DNA of 64,000 bases from Patescibacteria group bacterium (GTDB lineage Bacteria; Patescibacteriota; Minisyncoccia; Phycocordibacterales; JAACPR01), in contig JAKLEX010000001.1 in the NCBI GenBank assembly GCA_022711495.1, forward strand, positions 370,171 through 434,170, written 5' to 3'. A model generated the notes under the pieces. The model was not told the DNA's origin. It ran no database searches and worked only from the letters and a program-made list of their open reading frames with translations. The position numbers were made by a program, and so were the translations under genes. Numbering within the stretch: position 1 is the first letter of the stretch; every line of letters starts with the position of its first letter. Shown one piece after another: positions 58,658 to 64,000 of this stretch.

Positions 58658-58660
58658 AGA

Positions 58661-59311
58661 CTACTTGGCGTTTAAAATTTTATTAATTCTAGCAACAGCC
58701 AAGGGCTGATTCATTCTGCCGTGTCCAACCGGATAATGCGTCGGATATACACGATATTTGGAGGAACCGATCTCTAAAATTTCAAAATTGTTTTTATGCT
58801 GACCAACTGAAATTGATTTTCCTAGAATAATTGAACTTACTTGGTTGCCAAAAGTAACGATGTGTTTAGGTCTAATGACGGCGATTTCCTCTTTCATAAG
58901 AGATAAATATTCTTTAAAAATCTGATCCTTCAGCGGACGCGCGTCAATTTGCGTACACTTGGCTAGATTCGTGACGTAGATTTTACGATCAGCCAAATAA
59001 CAATAAAGATTTTCCGAAAATTCCGGCGTCCACTGTCTTGGCGACGCGGATTGGATCAAACCAAGCAGCTTTTTTGGTATTAGTCCCAGTTCAAAAAACA
59101 GCGCCCAAATGTTTTTAGTTCCAAGCCACGGAGCTCGAATTCCTCGCCAACTTTTAACTGACGAAACGTTCCGGCCGGTTGGGTTCATAAAAATGAACAT
59201 TATTTTTGGTCGTTTTATACAGCCAGCGCCATAAATAGAACAAAGAGAGCTGTGGCCGTGGATTTTGTGAAGCCGATCAAATTTTTTGTTTAATTTAGTT
59301 ATCTGCATCAA
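58661..59311 (-). CDS. Uracil-DNA glycosylase superfamily-like protein (divergent motifs)
   Basis: UDG-fold landmarks: …IMFIFMNPTGRN… (motif A region), …VTNLAKC… and a C-terminal …THYPVGHG… (motif B-like HPS). Family not assignable by eye. Confidence 0.5.
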   Translation of the reverse strand: MMQITKLNKKFDRLHKIHGHSSLCSIYGAGCIKRPKIMFIFMNPTGRNVSSVKSWRGIRAPWLGTKNIWALFFELGLIPKKLLGLIQSASPRQWTPEFSENLYCYLADRKIYVTNLAKCTQIDARPLKDQIFKEYLSLMKEEIAVIRPKHIVTFGNQVSSIILGKSISVGQHKNNFEILEIGSSKYRVYPTHYPVGHGRMNQPLAVARINKILNAK

Positions 59312-59588
59312 AAAAATCTTTTAACGAAATCACTTGGATTCCCTTTTCTTCTATTTCTTTTTTAGACCAAAAAACTGATAGATCATCAATTTTCCACTTT
59401 CCGACAAAACCGACCGTCTTTTTCATCTCACGACCGGTATATTTTTTAGTTTTCGGATCCCATTCTTTTAAGATAAGCATGTCCCCTTCCTCTATCTCAA
59501 AATCATTTAGACGCAATTCAAATGTCTTATCGCCATTTAAAATCTTTTCAAAATATTCCGGCCAAGTTTTCTTTTCAATAATTCGCAT
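59295..59588 (-). CDS. ASCH/DUF3850-like small protein
   Basis: MRIIEKKTWPEYFEKILNGDKTFELRLNDFEIEEGDMLILKEW… resembles ASCH-type beta-barrel proteins. The ORF track starts 20 codons earlier. Confidence 0.45.
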   Translation of the reverse strand: MRIIEKKTWPEYFEKILNGDKTFELRLNDFEIEEGDMLILKEWDPKTKKYTGREMKKTVGFVGKWKIDDLSVFWSKKEIEEKGIQVISLKDFFDADN

Positions 59589-59644
59589 GCGGAAATTATA
59601 GCAAGAAAAAACCCGAGCCGTTTTGCGGTTCGGGTTATACATAA

Positions 59645-60658
59645 TCATGCCTCCCTTTCCACCCTGGTTCTATACTGCTGGGTATTTGTCAGGATCTCGG
59701 CGGTCGTATCGGCATAACGAAGCAGAATTTGAGCGGCTTCGCGAAATATCTGTTCCATGGCTGTCGTAGCCGGTCTTTTGTGCTTTTGGAAGTAACGATA
59801 TATCGTCGGGGTCAGCTGGAAATCCTCGAGTTTCATAACGAGAGCGCGAACTCGAGGAACCAAAGCCCGGAACGATTTATCATCATCGGAGGCTTTTTTC
59901 TCCCGCGGCGGTTTCTTCCCCCTCAACGACAGCCGCAAGAATTTCCCCTCGGAAATTAACCGGCGGAGCATCTCGTTGAGAACAACCGGGCTTGTCCCCT
60001 GCGCCCTCTCTTTCTCAATCTGCTGGAAAAGTTTCAACTGCTCGACCTCGGTCTTAAGCGTTGATAAACGCAAGGCCGCGGAAAAACTGATCCGATCCCT
60101 TTCAGGAGTCGGCGGATCAAGTTTCGCCAAAATGTCTGGGTGAAGTCTGGCCAGAGAAGTATAGTTGAGAACCCAACTTATCTTCTTGCCCACCGCCACG
60201 GCAATTTGATCGGCGGACATTAAGTTGGCCCGCAGAGCAATAACTGCTTTGATCTTTTCCTGGTGAGTGTGGTCAATCCGATTGAAGTTGGATATCAAAG
60301 ACAGCAGATGTTGCTGATTGAAGTCCTTTACCTGACAGATGATTATACGAATCGTCTTCAGGCCAGCCTGTTTAATGGCTCGCCAGCGCCTTTCACCGTC
60401 AATGAGTTCGTACTTCGCCCCATTGAGAGACTGCTGGAACTTTATGACCAAAACCGGCTGGGCTTGACCATTAGTTTTAATGCTTCCGGCCAAAGCCGTA
60501 AGTTCGTCCGGATCAAAATACATCCGCGGCTGATCCTTGAGCGGCGTAATTTCATCAACCGGCACCGTTAAAACCCGATTCTCCTCAACAACGAACCCGG
60601 CGTCAATCAACTGTTTCCGCGTCGCTTCCGACTTGTCCATCTGATTGCTATTTTTCAC
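59645..60658 (-). CDS. ParB/Srx-like nuclease-domain protein (337 aa) on a GC-richer islet
   Basis: ParB N-terminal-type motif …YELIDGERRWRAIKQAGLKTIRIII…, an HTH-like middle and an uncharacterised basic C-terminal domain. Visibly higher GC than neighbours. Confidence 0.55.
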   Translation of the reverse strand: MKNSNQMDKSEATRKQLIDAGFVVEENRVLTVPVDEITPLKDQPRMYFDPDELTALAGSIKTNGQAQPVLVIKFQQSLNGAKYELIDGERRWRAIKQAGLKTIRIIICQVKDFNQQHLLSLISNFNRIDHTHQEKIKAVIALRANLMSADQIAVAVGKKISWVLNYTSLARLHPDILAKLDPPTPERDRISFSAALRLSTLKTEVEQLKLFQQIEKERAQGTSPVVLNEMLRRLISEGKFLRLSLRGKKPPREKKASDDDKSFRALVPRVRALVMKLEDFQLTPTIYRYFQKHKRPATTAMEQIFREAAQILLRYADTTAEILTNTQQYRTRVEREA

Positions 60659-60775
60659 CTTAATTCTCCTCTTTGTTTTTCAAGAACTTCCTGCGCTATA
60701 AATTACACTTTTAATCGGAAAAAGCAACCAAGAAAAAACACCATCGCCGCGATGGTGTTTGCAACATAAGACTGT

Positions 60776-61189
60776 TCAAATCGTTTTGACTACCGCTGCC
60801 CTGGCAGTTTTGGCGGCCGTGGCGGTTTCCCTTGCCGCATCCAGATCCGCTTGAGCGCGGGCCATCAGATAAGCAGAGATAAGTTCGCGATGAGCCCAGA
60901 TAGTATCCTCAAACGCCCGGAGAAAGTGGCAGGGACAATTAATGACAGTTTGCTTGCCATCAACAGTTCCCCAGGAAACATACCCATCGGAATGGCAGAT
61001 GTATTTGTCGGGATTGACTGCCCGTTTCCTTTCCAGGTCGTCAAGCTCTCCCGGTTCCATATCCGGGCTGTCGTCGTAGTAATGAATTCTTCCGCACTGC
61101 TGACAATCAACCACCAAACTGCCCGATTCAGGAACCAATTCCTTGATCGTATCCGACGGTTGCCTTTTTGAAAAGACCTTCATCCTCAT
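60776..61189 (-). CDS. Hypothetical Cys-rich protein (putative zinc ribbon: CQQCG…CHSDG…CPCH), Ala-rich C-terminal helix
   Basis: ORF on the same GC-rich islet as the ParB-like gene. Cys and His spacing suggests metal binding. No family recognised. Confidence 0.4.
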   Translation of the reverse strand: MRMKVFSKRQPSDTIKELVPESGSLVVDCQQCGRIHYYDDSPDMEPGELDDLERKRAVNPDKYICHSDGYVSWGTVDGKQTVINCPCHFLRAFEDTIWAHRELISAYLMARAQADLDAARETATAAKTARAAVVKTI

Positions 61190-61255
61190 CTCCTTTGGTT
61201 AGAGTTTCACTGAAAGATCCTGCTAGGTTCTTATTATCAAATAAGAGTGGTGGTG

Positions 61256-62299
61256 TCAAATAAGTTTTTTAAGTTTTAAAAGCGGAATTTTTACAAGTTT
61301 AGACACTCCTTCTCTGACAACTATCGGTAATACGATCTTATCACCAACGAGCTTCTTGTCCTTTAGAACTGCTTTCCAATCAGCTTTATATTTATCAGTA
61401 AAACCTATTCCGAGTATTCCATAAAGATTCAATAGATTTTCCCGAACGTAAGGCTTTGTCAATTTAAGTCGTTCCGCAATTTCTAATTCCTTCACCATAC
61501 CGATCAAGACGGCTCTGCCGTGACTAATTTTGTATTTGAGTTCAATGGCATGGCCGATCGTATGACCGAAATTTAATACTTGCCTTACTCCTTTATCTTT
61601 TTCGTCTTTGGATACATAAAAATACTTAGCCTTGATAGATTTTTTAATAATTTTATGTAATTTTTTACTTCTACTTAAAGTAGAGACAGACTCTTTTCTC
61701 AAGAGAGATAGGATTGATTTGTCCTTTATCAAACCCACCTTAATGATTTCACCTAGTCCACCGATTATCTGTTCTAAACCATTAGAATTAATGGCCTCCC
61801 CATCAATAATAGTGGCAATGGCTGGGTAAAATGAACCAATCTGATTCTTTGCATTTTCAAAGTCAATTCCTGTTTTCCCGCCATGCGAACTGTCTACTTG
61901 AGCGAGAAGCGTAGTTGGAACATTTATGTATTTAATTCCTCGAAGATAAATTGACGCGGCAAAGCCAGCAGAATCTCCTACGGTACCACCGCCGACGGCG
62001 ATCACAAGAGCCTGTCTGTCCAAGCCTAAGTGTAAAAATTTTTTCAGTAACTTTTCTATTGATCGCCAACTCTTGGCCTTTTCTCCATCGGGAATAATGA
62101 TCACGGGCATATTTTTAAAGAAACGATCAAAAATATCCCTCAACCTTAATTGAACATTTGCCGAAGTTATAAGAACTACCTTAGACGGACCGTCTTTTTC
62201 AATTAATTTATTTATCGCCTTGAGGTTGTATAAAACACCATGATTCCTTTTTGGAACTTTTGATTTGGTCATATTTCGACTACTCAACTTTACTCCCAT
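61256..62299 (-). CDS. 3-dehydroquinate synthase family protein (DHQS-like sugar-phosphate cyclase; true substrate uncertain)
   Basis: Gly-rich NAD loop VGGGTVGDSAGFAAS, and …DSSHGGKTGIDF… and …NFGHTIGHAIE… metal-binding His motifs typical of the DHQS superfamily. No other shikimate genes in the window. Confidence 0.6.
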   Translation of the reverse strand: MGVKLSSRNMTKSKVPKRNHGVLYNLKAINKLIEKDGPSKVVLITSANVQLRLRDIFDRFFKNMPVIIIPDGEKAKSWRSIEKLLKKFLHLGLDRQALVIAVGGGTVGDSAGFAASIYLRGIKYINVPTTLLAQVDSSHGGKTGIDFENAKNQIGSFYPAIATIIDGEAINSNGLEQIIGGLGEIIKVGLIKDKSILSLLRKESVSTLSRSKKLHKIIKKSIKAKYFYVSKDEKDKGVRQVLNFGHTIGHAIELKYKISHGRAVLIGMVKELEIAERLKLTKPYVRENLLNLYGILGIGFTDKYKADWKAVLKDKKLVGDKIVLPIVVREGVSKLVKIPLLKLKKLI

Positions 62300-62488
62300 T
62301 TTGATTTTAAGTCGATATTTTTTCAGAACCCCAAGAAAGGCCTTACGACGAGGACTTTATTATAGAAAATAATTAAAAAGTAATTTTATCGATCTTTGTG
62401 AGCCTAATCGAGATGGGGCCCTAACTCACTAAGCCCCGTAATAACATTATGAGACTGCTAATGAAAACGATTCGACCCTTCTCTAGCA

Positions 62489-62935
62489 CTAGAAAAAAAC
62501 ACTCACAATAATAGCGATTACCGCCAACAGCAAGGTTCTGAAATTCTGTATTCTTTCTCTTTTTCTATCTAAAGTTCTATCTATAATTTCAATATATTTA
62601 GAAGCTTCTTGTATGCTTTTTGATATGGCAGGTTGGAATTGAAAGTAACTAGCAATATCTTGTGGATTATTTTCTAATCCTTCAAATAGATCATCTGGTG
62701 TTTCAAGCTTTTTAACAATTGCATAAAAATTTTTGGATACCTCTTCATAACGATTCTCTAAAATAGATAAGTGTTTAGAAAAAATAGGAAATTTTATTCT
62801 ATACTTCTGAACATCAATAAGTAACTCTTTGAGATTTTTGGAGACAGGAAAAAGTTCATCTTTTACAGCATCCAACATCCTTTTCGCACCTTCTGAGAGA
62901 GGTATTTTTCTTTGTTGATTTCTACTATTGTCCAT
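62489..62935 (-). CDS. Hypothetical tail-anchored protein (helical; C-terminal TM helix)
   Basis: Likely start MDNSRNQQ. C-terminal LLLAVIAIIVSVFF anchor. No family recognised. Confidence 0.35.
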   Translation of the reverse strand: MDNSRNQQRKIPLSEGAKRMLDAVKDELFPVSKNLKELLIDVQKYRIKFPIFSKHLSILENRYEEVSKNFYAIVKKLETPDDLFEGLENNPQDIASYFQFQPAISKSIQEASKYIEIIDRTLDRKRERIQNFRTLLLAVIAIIVSVFF

Positions 62936-62969
62936 AATACTTTTCGAGTGCTCGAACGGCGCTCGACAC

Positions 62970-62989
62970 TGTGACCCTACGCGGAATCG
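62970..62989. repeat. 20-nt direct repeat of the tRNA-Glu 3' end (tgtgaccctacgcggaatcg), second copy at 63159..63178; att-like scar
   Basis: Exact 20-nt match read from the sequence. The downstream copy is the last 18 nt of tRNA-Glu plus 2 flanking nt. Confidence 0.6.
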
Positions 62990-63127
62990 GTCACAGGTTC
63001 TCAATAATTATAGTCGCTCGGTCTATTAAATCAAAGTCGCCCTCGCTCCTTAATTATTGGACCCGCGACCCCGCCTCACTCGCTTCGCTCGTTCCGGCTT
63101 TCGATCCCGCTGGACCCACACAAAAAA

Positions 63128-63156
63128 CACCGCAGACAAGCTGCGGCATTTTTGTG
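63128..63156. terminator. Bidirectional Rho-independent terminator, immediately 3' of tRNA-Glu on the minus strand
   Basis: aaaaaacaCCGCAGacaagCTGCGGcattttt: hairpin with an A-tract on one side and a T-tract on the other. Confidence 0.65.
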
Positions 63157-63160
63157 CGTG

Positions 63161-63232
63161 TGACCCTACGCGGAATCGAACCGCGCTTCCAAGCTTGAAA
63201 AGCTTGTGTCCTAACCGATAGACGATAGGGCC
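63161..63232 (-). tRNA. tRNA-Glu (anticodon TTC)
   Basis: Reverse complement folds as acceptor GGCCCTA/TAGGGTC (one G-U pair), anticodon stem CAAGC/GCTTG with loop TTTTCAA, T arm GCGCGGTTCGATTCCGCG. Confidence 0.75.
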
Positions 63233-63294
63233 GAGGTTTCAAAAATATATCAAGATTTTCAGAAAAAGGCAAAAATGCTATTGTTTAAAGTTAC

Positions 63295-63383
63295 GGAGAG
63301 GTGGCAGAGTGGTTGAATGCACCGGTTTCGAAAACCGGCAAGTCCAAAAGGCTTCGGGAGTTCGAATCTCCCCCTCTCCGCCA
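63295..63383 (+). tRNA. tRNA-Ser (anticodon CGA), type II, CCA encoded
   Basis: Acceptor GGAGAGG/CCTCTCC, D arm GCAGAGTGG, anticodon stem CCGGT/ACCGG with loop TTCGAAA, long variable arm, T arm GGGAGTTCGAATCTCCC, terminal GCCA. Confidence 0.8.
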
Positions 63384-63466
63384 AAATTGACACAAACTAG
63401 CTCAAGAGATAGGATTCCGAATGGAATAAGTAGTTTCAACAACGATTCAAACAAAAGGAGGAAGCC

Positions 63467-63940
63467 ATGTCTCGCGCTGATATTCACGATTGGTTTCGCG
63501 CTAAAATGAAAGAGCACCGCTTTTTCGTCGGTTTCTGGATTGCTCTCTTCGCCTTGGGCATTATCGCGCTTATCGCGAATTTGTCCGTCGCGCTTGAGCT
63601 CCAGGCGATCTCGGAAATTGAAAGCTGGTCTCCCAAGACTGTTCAGATGTATTGTAACGCTCTTCTGTGGATCACGCTGATATCGTTGGTTTATCATGCC
63701 AAATATCGCGACAAGTATCGTGGGCCGGCGGCGGCGATTGATACGGCCTTTTTTGCCGTGATGTTGCTGGGCACGTTCATTGAAGTCCCGGGGCTTAGCT
63801 CAATCAATACCCTGTTATGCGTGGCCATTTCTGCCGGTTTAATCTGCTGTGGCTACCGCAAACTGCTGGAAGTTCGCGGGTCAAGACGAAAGTTCTCGGA
63901 TCCGTGGCCGCAAAACGGATTTGATGACAACGGTCTATGA
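63467..63940 (+). CDS. Hypothetical polytopic membrane protein (157 aa), GC-rich, immediately downstream of tRNA-Ser
   Basis: RBS AAAAGGAGGAAG before the ATG. Four hydrophobic helices. Composition visibly GC-richer than the core genome. Confidence 0.4.
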   Translation: MSRADIHDWFRAKMKEHRFFVGFWIALFALGIIALIANLSVALELQAISEIESWSPKTVQMYCNALLWITLISLVYHAKYRDKYRGPAAAIDTAFFAVMLLGTFIEVPGLSSINTLLCVAISAGLICCGYRKLLEVRGSRRKFSDPWPQNGFDDNGL

Positions 63941-64000
63941 TTTGGATCCGCCGCCACTTCTTCCCATCGCCCAAAGGAGCAATCCGTCCTTTGGGTGATT

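Noticed and set aside
63040-63120. Possible degenerate tRNA-like segment between the tRNA-Glu 3'-end repeats (ccggctttcgatcccgctgg resembles a T-arm)
   Set aside because: I could not fold a complete cloverleaf. It is only a partial T-arm-like resemblance.
63278-63697. 139-aa minus-strand ORF
   Set aside because: It overlaps tRNA-Ser(CGA) and the 5' part of the plus-strand GC-rich membrane gene. It has no RBS or motif support.
1-64000. Search for CRISPR arrays, rRNA genes, IS elements and transposases
   Set aside because: No regularly spaced direct repeats with unique spacers, no rRNA-like conserved stretches and no transposase- or integrase-like ORFs were found. The only repeats are the intragenic 687-bp duplication and the 20-nt tRNA-Glu 3'-end repeat.

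Overview
This 64 kb window reads like a small-genome, low-GC bacterium, and gene content suggests a CPR/Patescibacteria-type organism (that placement is inference). It uses the standard genetic code, since rbfA ends in TGA. Most of the window is compact housekeeping sequence.

Housekeeping genes identified:
- Chaperones: dnaK (3' part), a zinc-finger-less dnaJ, and clpB.
- Aminoacyl-tRNA synthetases: trpS, aspS (archaeal type), gltX, cysS, valS and a divergent hisS.
- Chromosome maintenance: scpA-scpB, dnaB, recR, gyrA and rmuC.
- Cell wall and division: a dacA-like gene, mraY, ftsW, murG, an M23 peptidase, a FemAB-like gene, ftsA and ftsZ.
- Translation: rpmA, rplI, rplU, an rpsA-like gene, rpsU, infB, rbfA, pth, lepB, ybeY and trxB.
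- tRNA genes: eight read directly from the sequence (Tyr-GTA, Cys-GCA, Leu-TAA, Lys-CTT, Leu-TAG, Glu-TTC, Ser-CGA, plus anticodons as listed in the features).

The main accessory region is the locus at about 39.5-47.3 kb:
- A three-tRNA cluster sits directly after rbfA.
- A type IV pilin-like gene follows, with an extreme glycine-rich C-terminal domain.
- tRNA-Leu(TAG) comes next.
- A clearly GC-richer two-gene membrane cassette follows, with its own consensus sigma70-like promoter and a terminator.
- The locus ends with an eight-gene minus-strand operon: a small SAM methyltransferase, a membrane-anchored solute-binding-fold protein and six tandem, diverged VirB2/TrbC-like (T4SS-pilin-like) two-helix membrane protein paralogs.

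I consider the six-pilin-paralog operon, together with its neighbours, the best candidate here for an undescribed cell-surface or conjugation-like system.

Other notable features:
- A 1145-aa secreted repeat protein contains a perfect ~660 bp tandem duplication with a 687 bp period.
- A second GC-rich islet carries a ParB/Srx-like protein and a Cys-rich zinc-ribbon protein.
- A 20-nt direct repeat of the tRNA-Glu 3' end looks like an integration (att) scar.
- A GC-rich membrane gene lies just after tRNA-Ser.
- There is a catalytically dead HtrA-like pseudoprotease.
- rplU and rpmA are unlinked.
- No CRISPR array or rRNA gene was seen.

All GC statements are by-eye impressions, not computed values.
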